NCBI GenBank assembly: GCA_021836035.1
Contig: JAKBJL010000003.1
Coordinates: 4,135-68,134 of the forward strand
Source of the DNA: a bacterium
Lineage (GTDB): Bacteria > Patescibacteriota > Microgenomatia > JAMCZE01
Length of the DNA: 64,000 bases
Direction of reading: 5' to 3'
The notes under the pieces: generated by a model
The model's database searches: none
The model's input: the letters and a program-made list of their open reading frames with translations, nothing else
Told to the model about the DNA's origin: nothing
Part shown: one piece after another, positions 19,766-29,608 of the stretch
Layout: each line of letters starts with the position of its first letter
Numbering within the stretch: the stretch's first letter is position 1
Translations under genes and position numbers: made by a program

Positions 19766-22269
19766 GAAAATTTTATCTACTCTCGTGTTTGCTTTTTGTT
19801 GGCATTTTTGTATCCGCGCGGCCGGTTTTTTCCCAAATTACCCTTCCGCCGACAGATCGGGTTGATACTCACACTTTCGTTGTCTTTAATGGCAAGCTTC
19901 GGGAGCTGGTTATCAAAGGCGACAGGGTTTGGTGGCGCGATTCTGCCGACACAACGGAAAAAAGTTTTCCGGCGAACTGGAGTTCTAAATCTTTAGCCGA
20001 AGCTTGGCCGGCAAGTATTTCTCCGATTGGCCACCCCTTGCCTATCTCGGGTATAGACGCCCATGCTTATCAGCGGTTTCCCGGTTGCGGTAATTTCGCC
20101 AATTTTGTCACGGAAATTGTCATTAAGGGTAATGAAGAATGGTACCGCCGGTCATCGGATATCACCGGGAGCGACCTTGGGGGTAAAGTTTTCACCTATA
20201 CCACTCTGCCCGCCGTTTGGGGGAATTCCGGACCGCCGACCGATTTTATTGACGCTTTGAACTATGATATTTTCGACGGAAATCCGCGGGAGTTGGTTCT
20301 TAAGGGCGGTAATATTTGGTACCGGACTATAAATTGTGCCAATTCCCAGCTATCCGGCTGGTCTCAAGTCAGTTTATCTTCGGCTTGGGGGTCTAACCTA
20401 AATCCACCACCTTTAACTGGCGCCATAGATACTTATGCCACAGATTACGCTGCCTCGGACAACTCTTGGGAAATTGTCACCCAAGGTAATCGGGTTTGGG
20501 CGAGACGTTCCTTTGACACTAACAGCCACCACGAAAGTGATGTTTGGCGACCGATGACCTTAAGCGATCTCTGGCAGAGGAATTCTATTTCTCTTTCAGA
20601 TTCCGATATAGCCAGTCGGTTCATTGATAAATTTATGTCAATTTATGGCAGCACTGATTTTTCCGCTGTCATAAATTATCCTTATGCCAGCGCCTTTGAT
20701 TCCCAAAATAATTTCCGGGCTCTTATGGGTCAAGCTTTAGCGCACACCGTCAAATTCCGTTTAAGTAATAATTCTTCGGTATCCGATTTGACAAAGGCGA
20801 AAAGTTACCTCAACGCGACCCTCGACCACTATTCGACGTGGGGCAAAGATTTTCTCTCAGAAGATATTATCCGAAGTACCCTTCTTGCTTCGTGGGTAAT
20901 TTGGGACCAACTGTCGGATGTTGAAAAAGCCAATATTTACAACGTAGCTAAAGCTGATGCCGACTTCTGGTCAGCTAAATTGGCCGAAGCTCAAGCTGGT
21001 GGCCCCTTCTTATTTAAAATGCAGCGGGACTGCCAAGATCCTAACAGCCAGTGTTATTACAACACCAGCGCTGAAGAGAACGGAGGAATTGTGGGCGGGC
21101 TTGCGTTTACGGCTATTATGTATCCGAATGACCCGTCAGCCTGGAAATGGCAACAGGCGGCGAGATGTTTTGCTTTCCACACGATTACTACCGGAGAAAC
21201 TTCCTGCGGAATAACTACGCAGACAGTGGCCAGTGACTTTAGTTTGACCGAACACGGCTTCACCCCCTCGGTTGTTTATACTTTAGCCGCTCTTTCCGAG
21301 CTCGATCAGGCTGGTTTGGGCTACTTTCTCGGCGGATATTATACCCCGCCAGAACTTCACCATAACACGGCCCCTCTTTGGTCCAAATTTTTCACTTATT
21401 TTCATCCGGGAGATTACACTATCTATAATCAATATTTTCGGGGGCAGGACTGGGGCGATATTGATGTTTGGCTGGCTATGACCGATTTTAATTATTTGTC
21501 TTTAATTGACAATCCTTCAGGGTTAAGCGCTGCAAATGTAGGGAATCTAGCTTTTGACATCACGCATTATTTTTACACGATAAAGAAAGACGATCTGCGT
21601 TTTCCTGAAGCCGGACCCGTGATCTCCATGCCGGTAACGGGAACCACCACGAGCAGTTGGTTTCAAAATTCTTTAACTCACGCCAAGGGTTCTGCGGAAA
21701 TAATCATTTACCAAAACCCCGGATATTTCTTTTGTAACGGCAATGTTGACCGGCTTGGCCGGTCAACCCATTTGTGTAACAGTGCCGTCCCGGTACAGAC
21801 TTTTCCGACCTGCACCGCCACTACTTGTACCGCCCAAGGCAAAAACTGCGGGACGATTTCCGACGGCTGCTGGGGAACTTTAAACTGCGGTGCCTGTGCT
21901 GCCACCCATTCCTGTGTCAGTAATGTCTGTACCTGTGATCCGGCCAAATGTACTCTTCCCAATACCTGCAATAACAATGTTTGTTCCTGCATCCCGGAAT
22001 CAGATGTTGCTTTCTGTTCCCGTTTGGGAAAAAACTGCGGCAGTGTGACCGCAGCGGATAACTGCGGAACCCAAAGAACGGTAAGTAGCTGTGGCGGTTG
22101 TAATTTACCCGACGTCTGCGGCGGGGGAGGAACACCAAACATTTGCGGATCCCTCCCGGGAGATCTAAACGGAGACGGGAAAGTCAATATTTTGGATCTG
22201 CGCCAACTTCTTTCCGGCTCCGATACTATTTTCAGTTACAACACCGTGGTGACAAACTTCGGGAGGTGA
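19762..22269 (+). CDS. Secreted protein with repeated N-terminal beta modules, a helical domain paralogous to 15435..17837, Cys-rich linker and dockerin-like tag
   Basis: Four repeats of the type ELVIKGDRVWWR; AEENG/EHG/DWGD motifs; GDLNGDGKVNILDL...VVTNFGR. Confidence 0.85.
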   Translation: MRKFYLLSCLLFVGIFVSARPVFSQITLPPTDRVDTHTFVVFNGKLRELVIKGDRVWWRDSADTTEKSFPANWSSKSLAEAWPASISPIGHPLPISGIDAHAYQRFPGCGNFANFVTEIVIKGNEEWYRRSSDITGSDLGGKVFTYTTLPAVWGNSGPPTDFIDALNYDIFDGNPRELVLKGGNIWYRTINCANSQLSGWSQVSLSSAWGSNLNPPPLTGAIDTYATDYAASDNSWEIVTQGNRVWARRSFDTNSHHESDVWRPMTLSDLWQRNSISLSDSDIASRFIDKFMSIYGSTDFSAVINYPYASAFDSQNNFRALMGQALAHTVKFRLSNNSSVSDLTKAKSYLNATLDHYSTWGKDFLSEDIIRSTLLASWVIWDQLSDVEKANIYNVAKADADFWSAKLAEAQAGGPFLFKMQRDCQDPNSQCYYNTSAEENGGIVGGLAFTAIMYPNDPSAWKWQQAARCFAFHTITTGETSCGITTQTVASDFSLTEHGFTPSVVYTLAALSELDQAGLGYFLGGYYTPPELHHNTAPLWSKFFTYFHPGDYTIYNQYFRGQDWGDIDVWLAMTDFNYLSLIDNPSGLSAANVGNLAFDITHYFYTIKKDDLRFPEAGPVISMPVTGTTTSSWFQNSLTHAKGSAEIIIYQNPGYFFCNGNVDRLGRSTHLCNSAVPVQTFPTCTATTCTAQGKNCGTISDGCWGTLNCGACAATHSCVSNVCTCDPAKCTLPNTCNNNVCSCIPESDVAFCSRLGKNCGSVTAADNCGTQRTVSSCGGCNLPDVCGGGGTPNICGSLPGDLNGDGKVNILDLRQLLSGSDTIFSYNTVVTNFGR

Positions 22270-22291
22270 ATTTTGTGCTAAAGTTAAATTA

Positions 22292-23500
22292 ATGGGCAAA
22301 AGCGTAGGTTTTGTTTTGCGGGTAGTTTTCGTCCTTTCTTTTCTTTCGGCCTTCTTATTTTTATCCTTGAATCCGGTTCAAGCCTACAACATTTTCAATC
22401 AGAGCCTGCATGAGCAAAACTAACTTTCTTTTATTAAGGCCGTTTCCAACCGCTATATAAATATTAATCCGTTTCCGGACTATACAATAGCCAAAAGCGG
22501 AGGGTTAACTGATTATTACCGGGTAGTTTGCAGCCAGGTGGTCATTAGTTCGATCAGCAAACTGGCGGCAGGGCAACCCCTTTCCGCAAATTCTCCGGAG
22601 ATGGGATTGATGATGGCCAATTTCAATAATGATTTCAACCAAATCGCTAGCCCGAATAATCCTTGGTTCTGGCTGGCCTCCGCCCCCGGATTTGATTGTC
22701 TGATTGCTCTTGACCTTAACCGGGACGTTATCCCGCTTCAGGCCAGAAACGCTGCTCTCGGCGAGATAAATATTCTGGCAGACATTATATACAACCCCTT
22801 TAATCGAATTACCTGCTGATTCGACCTGGTTGATGAAATACACTACAGGAACCTGGAGAAATGAAGCTATCGCTAACTACAATTGGACGTCGGTAAACGA
22901 CGACTACCGCCAGGTTACTACGCTTAATCAATTTGGCCTGACTCTTATGGATTCCTCCGCTTTTATGCCAGCTTTTACCGGCTGGCAATATCAAATTATG
23001 ACGGTGACCGATAGTTACCTGGTTGCTTTTAAGGACATGATTCCGGAAGTCGCCAGGCTGTTAGGTGATTACGTTAAAGCCGATGCGGATATATATATAA
23101 ATAAGATAGCGGCGGCTAAATCCGATTGGTACAGTTCGTTGACAGAATCCTACTACGGAAACGAACATGGTCAGGTCTATCCGGTTGATGCTTATCAGCT
23201 TTTCCTGGCCAGGTCCTGGATCGACAAAGAATCTCCTGATAACCCGCGCATTATTTAAGTATTCCCTATACCCCGGTTGGGGACTTCTTTTATATGCAAA
23301 AGCTGGCCGAGACCATTAAAGCTTACCGGGGTTGGGCCTGGTCTGACGGGGGAGGGCCGACTCCGCCGCTGACCCTTGCCGGAGACCTAAACGGAGATAA
23401 CCACGTCGATATTGCCGATTTAAGAATCGCCATTGCGGGGTTCAGCAATCTTTACAACATATATAGTATCTCGGAAATAATCGGTAATTTCGGTAAATAA
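22292..23500 (+). pseudogene. Fragmented secreted protein with dockerin-like tag
   Basis: Signal peptide MGKSVGF...PVQA then stops and frameshifts (pieces 22538, 22830, 23294); ends GDLNGDNHVDIADL...IIGNFGK. Confidence 0.7.
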
Positions 23501-23565
23501 GCAGAACCATATTGGTACTTGCAATGCATGTGAAAAATTTGCTAGGCTGGAATTAGCCTGTAAAA

Positions 23566-24750
23566 ATGAAAATAACGGAGCGGTTGGGGTTACTTAAGTT
23601 AGCGAAACGCAACTGGACAATGTTGTTGGTGGTTGGAATTCTCCTTATCTCTCTCGTGGCTACAGTTTTTCTGGTTCAGCGACAACAGCAAATGCGGGGT
23701 AAAGCGGCCGGAGCCAGCGTTACTTTAGCTATGTCTTCGGCGGTAAATTCTACAAACCATGCGATGGTAGGAACTCCTTTCACTGTCAATGTATCTATCG
23801 GCAATCAAACGGATGCTTACGAAATTTCCGCCGCTAATGTGGTCGTAACTTATGATTCTAATCTTTTAGACCTGGGTACCAATCCGGTTGCCCTGGGCAG
23901 CTTTTTCCCCTTTCCCAGCGGAACGGAAATGCTTAACAAAGTAGATACGGCAACGGCGGGCAGGGTGAGTTTTGCCTTGGGCGCGGCTTGTCCTACCGTT
24001 ATCCCGGCTCCGACCCCCGTCAACGGCCAAACTCCCTGTTCGACTAATAGAGGCTCCGGAATTTTAGCCACGCTCAATTTCGTCCCCAAAGCGGCCGGTA
24101 CAGCCAATGTGGCTATTATTGCGGATAGCGGTAATACCGCGATAGCGGCTGTCGGGCAGACGGCAACCGTACTGACAAGTACTGCTGTTTCTCCGCTCAG
24201 CCTGCCGATCGATCCCGCGCCGGTGACTACTCCCACCCTTTCCTTCTCGGTGACCGTTCAGGAAGCCATTACGATTCCTACCACCCCCCGCGGAACTATG
24301 GCAGCGAATTTGACTCTTTTAAACCCCACAACCGGTGCCGTTGTTGGCTCTCCGTTTAGTATCACCATGAGCCAAAACAGAACCAGCGGTTTGTATGAGA
24401 CCACCTCTCCGGTTGTTCTAACAGGCATAACTCCCGGCTCTTATCGGGTCATGCTTGATGGGGTAGGGCATTTGAAAAAGGAACTGACAAAGGTTAATGG
24501 TGTTTCTACGCCCGTAAATTTAGTTGGTGGATCCAATACTCCCGACTGGAAGGCCCAACAACTTTTTGGTGGCGATGCGATCAAGGATACGGCAAATACG
24601 GTTAACGCTTTAGATTTCGGGAAACTGGCCGGGGATTTCTTAAACTCTGCTACCCAGGGGACCAGTACGGCAGACTTTAACTTTGATGGCCGGGTGGATG
24701 CGCTGGATTTTGGTGCTTTAGCAGGAAATTTCCTGAAAGCAGGAGATTAA
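23566..24750 (+). CDS. Membrane-anchored cohesin-like protein with C-terminal beta module and two-loop dockerin-like domain
   Basis: N-terminal TM; FTVNV...ISAANVVVTYDSNLL...GRVSFA...GSGILATLNF; GDAIKD..VNALDFG...ADFNFDGRVDALDFG. Confidence 0.8.
   Translation: MKITERLGLLKLAKRNWTMLLVVGILLISLVATVFLVQRQQQMRGKAAGASVTLAMSSAVNSTNHAMVGTPFTVNVSIGNQTDAYEISAANVVVTYDSNLLDLGTNPVALGSFFPFPSGTEMLNKVDTATAGRVSFALGAACPTVIPAPTPVNGQTPCSTNRGSGILATLNFVPKAAGTANVAIIADSGNTAIAAVGQTATVLTSTAVSPLSLPIDPAPVTTPTLSFSVTVQEAITIPTTPRGTMAANLTLLNPTTGAVVGSPFSITMSQNRTSGLYETTSPVVLTGITPGSYRVMLDGVGHLKKELTKVNGVSTPVNLVGGSNTPDWKAQQLFGGDAIKDTANTVNALDFGKLAGDFLNSATQGTSTADFNFDGRVDALDFGALAGNFLKAGD
24231..24750 (+). repeat. 520 bp direct repeat, copy 1
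   Basis: Matches 26866..27385; only one difference seen by eye (24279 T vs 26914 C, synonymous). Confidence 0.92.
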
Positions 24751-24754
24751 GAGA

Positions 24755-27385
24755 ATGGAAAAAATAGCAAGCTGGAAAACGATTGGATTATTGCTAGTTA
24801 CTTTATTAGTTGTTATTGCGGTGCCGCTGACGACCCGGCAGGTTAGTAATCGTCAGGAAACAAGAACCAAAGCGGTTTCTGGCCCCGGGGTAGCGGATTT
24901 AGCTCTCAGTCCGGCAAGTTTAACCTCATACTACACAAGTATAACAACAAACTCAACTTTTGATGTAAATGTTACGCTAGACACCGGTACTACCCCCATA
25001 TATGCCGTTGATGTTGCCTTACAATTTGATCCGACGACCCTTCAGGTAGTACCGGATCCTGCAGTAGCGGGGGGAAATGGTATCACTCCGGGAACTATAT
25101 TAGCTCAGATTCTTTATAATAAAATTGACAATGCTTTGGGTAGAATTACCTTTTCTGCCGGATCTTCGCCTATAGGATCTACTTATACCGGTACGGGGGT
25201 AATAGCTTCAATAAAATTTAGAGCTCTTAAAGCTGTGGCTGCTACCAACGTAACTTTCCTTCCTACAACTTTGGTTTCCGACGTAAATAGTTCAAATATA
25301 TTAGGAACTACAACAAACGGTTCTTATACCATCACTTTAGATACGACAGGTCCCGTCGCGCCCACACCGCAGAGCCCGGCCGATGCCGGTTATCAGGTCA
25401 GCGGCAATGTAAATCTTACCTGGTCCGCCTCAACAGATACCCAAAGCGGGTTTGACCATTATGAACTGCAATATGCTAATAACAGTGCCTTTACCAGTCC
25501 TACCACGGTAAATAATATTACCGCAACTTCTGCCTCCATCAGTTTATCTGCCGATAGCCCTTATTATTGGCAAGTCCGGGCTTATGATAAGTTGGGCAAT
25601 GTCAGCAATTGGAGTTCAGCCTGGAATTTTATTTTAGATACTACCCCCCCGGGAGTTCCCGCTCTTTCCGCACCGGCTAATGGTTATTTACAAACCAGCA
25701 GAACGGTTCCTTTAAGCTGGACGATCCCTACCGATGCCAACGGTATTGCCAGCTATAAAATTCAAGTGGCTAATAATTCCAATTTTACCGGAGCAACGGA
25801 ATATACGGTTACCACAAACAGCTACTCTGTAACCGTCGCTACTGACGGTCAATATTTCTGGCATGTTCAGGCAGTCGATCTGGCCGGGAATAATGGCACT
25901 TATTCTGTCAATCGCAATTTTACGATAGATGGTACGGTGCCGACTTTACCTGGGCTTTTAACTCCGACAAATGCATCTAACCTTAACACTCTAACTCCGA
26001 CTTTTACCTGGAACGCGTCCAGCGATACCGGTTCCGGAGTAGACCATTATGATTTACAGACTTCCCTAACCAGTACTTTTGCCACTCCCACTAACAATCA
26101 AATTGTCGGAACAGCTACTTCCTTTACTTTACCGTCTGGGGTAATTACCGCCGATAACGTCTATTATTGGCGCTTGCAGGCGGCAGACGTAGCTGGCAAT
26201 GTAAGCGGCTGGACTGTTTATCGTAGTATGACGGTAGATACTACTGCCCCCGGAGTTCCTACTCTTAATCCCGTGGCTATTACTGCGGGATCCAGGACAG
26301 TAAGTTTTTCTTGGTCAGTGGTCACAGATAGTGGCAGCGGATTAGCCAATTATGAGATCCAGGTTGATGCGGATAGCTCCATTACACCGCCATATACCTA
26401 TAGTGCGACTCCGACATCAACAACCGCTAGTACAACTTTGTCCGCTGACGGCACCTATTATTGGCACGTCCGGGCTATTGACAAAGCGGGGAATATCGGA
26501 GCTTGGTCAACAGCGCAACCGTTTGGCATTGATATTACACCCCCGACCGCTATCAGTAATCTCTCTGCCGGTTCGCCGACTACCACCTCTGTCGTCTTAA
26601 CCTGGACCGCACCTAATGCTAATCCGGGAAATGGTACCGCTTACGATATTCGCTATTCTACCAGTTCGATTACCGGTACTAATTTCTCTTCAGCTACGGC
26701 AGTTGCAAATCCGCCGACCCCTGCGGCTGCCGGATCGGCCGAATCTCTGACGGTTTCTAATCTTACTCCCGGTACTACTTATTATTTCGCCCTCAAAACG
26801 CAGGATGCAAACAGCAATTGGTCCATTATTTCTAACGTCGTAAGCCTGGCTACCAGCCAGCCGATTCCCACCCTTTCCTTCTCGGTGACCGTTCAGGAAG
26901 CCATTACGATTCCCACCACCCCCCGCGGAACTATGGCAGCGAATTTGACTCTTTTAAACCCCACAACCGGTGCCGTTGTTGGCTCTCCGTTTAGTATCAC
27001 CATGAGCCAAAACAGAACCAGCGGTTTGTATGAGACCACCTCTCCGGTTGTTCTAACAGGCATAACTCCCGGCTCTTATCGGGTCATGCTTGATGGGGTA
27101 GGGCATTTGAAAAAGGAACTGACAAAGGTTAATGGTGTTTCTACGCCCGTAAATTTAGTTGGTGGATCCAATACTCCCGACTGGAAGGCCCAACAACTTT
27201 TTGGTGGCGATGCGATCAAGGATACGGCAAATACGGTTAACGCTTTAGATTTCGGGAAACTGGCCGGGGATTTCTTAAACTCTGCTACCCAGGGGACCAG
27301 TACGGCAGACTTTAACTTTGATGGCCGGGTGGATGCGCTGGATTTTGGTGCTTTAGCAGGAAATTTCCTGAAAGCAGGAGATTAA
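24755..27385 (+). CDS. Membrane-anchored cohesin-like protein with about five FN3 repeats and the shared C-terminal dockerin module
   Basis: FDVNVTLDTG...AVDVALQFDP...GRITFSAG...GTGVIASIKF; repeated YYWxVRAxDxxGN. Confidence 0.85.
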   Translation: MEKIASWKTIGLLLVTLLVVIAVPLTTRQVSNRQETRTKAVSGPGVADLALSPASLTSYYTSITTNSTFDVNVTLDTGTTPIYAVDVALQFDPTTLQVVPDPAVAGGNGITPGTILAQILYNKIDNALGRITFSAGSSPIGSTYTGTGVIASIKFRALKAVAATNVTFLPTTLVSDVNSSNILGTTTNGSYTITLDTTGPVAPTPQSPADAGYQVSGNVNLTWSASTDTQSGFDHYELQYANNSAFTSPTTVNNITATSASISLSADSPYYWQVRAYDKLGNVSNWSSAWNFILDTTPPGVPALSAPANGYLQTSRTVPLSWTIPTDANGIASYKIQVANNSNFTGATEYTVTTNSYSVTVATDGQYFWHVQAVDLAGNNGTYSVNRNFTIDGTVPTLPGLLTPTNASNLNTLTPTFTWNASSDTGSGVDHYDLQTSLTSTFATPTNNQIVGTATSFTLPSGVITADNVYYWRLQAADVAGNVSGWTVYRSMTVDTTAPGVPTLNPVAITAGSRTVSFSWSVVTDSGSGLANYEIQVDADSSITPPYTYSATPTSTTASTTLSADGTYYWHVRAIDKAGNIGAWSTAQPFGIDITPPTAISNLSAGSPTTTSVVLTWTAPNANPGNGTAYDIRYSTSSITGTNFSSATAVANPPTPAAAGSAESLTVSNLTPGTTYYFALKTQDANSNWSIISNVVSLATSQPIPTLSFSVTVQEAITIPTTPRGTMAANLTLLNPTTGAVVGSPFSITMSQNRTSGLYETTSPVVLTGITPGSYRVMLDGVGHLKKELTKVNGVSTPVNLVGGSNTPDWKAQQLFGGDAIKDTANTVNALDFGKLAGDFLNSATQGTSTADFNFDGRVDALDFGALAGNFLKAGD
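26866..27385 (+). repeat. 520 bp direct repeat, copy 2
   Basis: Matches 24231..24750 up to and including the stop codon. Confidence 0.92.
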
Positions 27386-27427
27386 CGGTTGACAGCCCGT
27401 AAAATATTATCATAACATTAACTGAAG

Positions 27428-28090
27428 ATGACAAATATAAATAAAAAAGGAGAGTTGATCACGGTAGGTTTATTAGTAATCGCGGTAGCAGCAGTCAGTT
27501 TGGTGGCAGGGATGGTCTTAGGATTAAATAAAATTAACTTAAAACTACCGGTGACTTCTCAAGTAGAAAATAATCAGGGAAATAATAACGGCAAACCACA
27601 GATTCCGGAAGTACGAAATACTCCTGAAATAAAAAATAAGCCCAAGCTCTCTCTGACCGCTGTTCCGAGCACAATAGCGGTCGGCCAAAATACTAACGTA
27701 ACCATTAATATAGATTCCAACGGGAACAAGCTTCAGGTTGTTCAATTAACCCTGAGTTTTGATCCTAAAAAGCTGAAGGTAGTTGACGCTGATCCTAAGG
27801 CTGCCGGGGTACAGATAGAGCTAAAAAATTTATTTGCTAATCAGAATAACCTTGCGAATCGAGCGGATAACGATAAAGGGAAAATAACCTTAGCCATCGG
27901 TAGCCTGACTAATACTTTTGATGGTAAAGGAGTTTACGGAATAATAAAAATGATCGCTTTGCAACCTACTTCTAGTCCGACGATGATTAGTTTTGACCCA
28001 GACCCAGATACTTTGGTTGTTCCCCAGAGGGCTAATCAGGCTGCCAAAATTGAAGAAGAGCCCTTATCTTTAAGCATTAGCCCTAAATGA
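27428..28090 (+). CDS. Membrane-anchored single cohesin-like domain protein
   Basis: N-terminal TM; VTINIDSNG...LSFDPKKLKVVD...GKITLAIG...FDGKGVYGII; TTGACA at 27389. Confidence 0.8.
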   Translation: MTNINKKGELITVGLLVIAVAAVSLVAGMVLGLNKINLKLPVTSQVENNQGNNNGKPQIPEVRNTPEIKNKPKLSLTAVPSTIAVGQNTNVTINIDSNGNKLQVVQLTLSFDPKKLKVVDADPKAAGVQIELKNLFANQNNLANRADNDKGKITLAIGSLTNTFDGKGVYGIIKMIALQPTSSPTMISFDPDPDTLVVPQRANQAAKIEEEPLSLSISPK

Positions 28091-29577
28091 GAAGATACAT
28101 TTCTTTAATTATCCTAACTCTTTTTCTGCTTGCAGCGGTACCGGCGACCTATTATTTAGTACAAAATAGGCAGTTGTTCTTTAAAAAAGCAGCTCCTACC
28201 GCTACCCTCGCTTTAACTCCGGCTTCTGGAAGCCATGCTGTCGGAGATATTTTTGACGTACAAATAGCGATGGATACCGGCGGGAATCTGGCATTTATGT
28301 CACAAACCTCAATTTCTTATAATCCGTCACTGCTGGATGTCGTTGACGCATCAGGAAATCCAGCAACTTCGATAATTCCCGGAACTGTTTTCCCCAGTCA
28401 ATATGTGGCTACTAATACTGTAAACGCTTCAAGTGGGACAATTATGTTAGCGGTAGGAAGCACTGCGGGATTTAGCGGATCGGGAACGGTAGGAACAATA
28501 AAATTCAAAGTCAAGGCGGCAGGAACTGCTGAGGTCAAATTTAATCCTGCCCCGGATACCTTAATTGGAGGTGCTAATGGAGAAAGTTTAGCCGGTACTC
28601 TAAGTGATGCCAGTTATACTCTAGCCGGCGGTGGAGCGGCGTTGGATTGTACCGGAGTGACGATTTCGCCGGCAGGTAATAATGTTACTTTGGGAGCGAC
28701 CAAGACTCTCACGGCTGCAGCTACCGGAGGAACGGGGACAATTACTTACACCTGGGGGGTTACCAGCCCCGGATCAAATAAGGGTAATTTGACTCCGACT
28801 ACCGGTGCGACGGTAACTTGGACTGCGCCTGCAAACCTTAATTCCGCGCAAACCTGGACAATTACCGCTACAGCCCATGACGATACGACGACCGATTCCA
28901 CCGGTTGTATGGTTAATTTGACCTATACGCCGGTTATTAGTACCCCGACCAATACACCGACCAATATTCCTAGCAGTACCCCGACGGATACACCAACCAA
29001 TACCCCAACCAACACTCCGCCGGTAAGCTCCGCACCCGGCCCGCAAACATATCAGCATAAGACTTGCCAAGCAAATAGCTGTGTCACGGTCGATTGTTCA
29101 CCGAAAGACCATTATTGTGCTGACAGCTGTACCAGCGACAGCGGTTGTACGGGCGGTACCGGAGGTTCGGTAAGCGTGACCATTACCAGTATTGCCCAGG
29201 GCGCGGTTTTAACTAATGCCCGACCGACGGTTGCCGGGAAAGCTTCCCCGGGAGCCAGTGTCCAAGTTACACTTTATCCGGCGCCGACTCAAAGCGGAAC
29301 GATCACGGCGGACGGTGTAGGTAATTGGTCCTGGGTGCCCAATGCCGCGCTGGCTAACGGCGCCCACTCCGCGACGGTGATTGCGACTGACGGGACGGGC
29401 AACCGGACACAAGCGCAGATCGACTTTACCATCAGGACAACCACGGCAAGTACCGGTGGCACGGGGGAGACTACAGGGAAAGTTACCCCACCGGAAACTG
29501 CCTCCTATACGCCGACGGTCGTGATGGCGGTTCTCGGCTTTGCCCTTCTCGGTTTGGGACTGGTTTTGGCTTTGTAG
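28087..29577 (+). CDS. Cohesin-like, Ig-like, Thr/Pro linker and Ig-like protein with C-terminal PETA motif and TM
   Basis: FDVQIAMDTGG...YNPSLLDVVD...FSGSGTVGTIKF; TPTNTPTN repeats; PTVAGKASPGASV...ADGVGNWS; PPETAS followed by a hydrophobic tail. Confidence 0.8.
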   Translation: MRRYISLIILTLFLLAAVPATYYLVQNRQLFFKKAAPTATLALTPASGSHAVGDIFDVQIAMDTGGNLAFMSQTSISYNPSLLDVVDASGNPATSIIPGTVFPSQYVATNTVNASSGTIMLAVGSTAGFSGSGTVGTIKFKVKAAGTAEVKFNPAPDTLIGGANGESLAGTLSDASYTLAGGGAALDCTGVTISPAGNNVTLGATKTLTAAATGGTGTITYTWGVTSPGSNKGNLTPTTGATVTWTAPANLNSAQTWTITATAHDDTTTDSTGCMVNLTYTPVISTPTNTPTNIPSSTPTDTPTNTPTNTPPVSSAPGPQTYQHKTCQANSCVTVDCSPKDHYCADSCTSDSGCTGGTGGSVSVTITSIAQGAVLTNARPTVAGKASPGASVQVTLYPAPTQSGTITADGVGNWSWVPNAALANGAHSATVIATDGTGNRTQAQIDFTIRTTTASTGGTGETTGKVTPPETASYTPTVVMAVLGFALLGLGLVLAL

Positions 29578-29608
29578 ACAGCCGGATTCTGTTGTAATAT
29601 TATCTCCA

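Noticed and set aside
24231-27385. DGR template/variable repeat pair
   Set aside because: Only one T/C difference, no adenine-biased mismatches, both copies coding, and no reverse transcriptase in the window.
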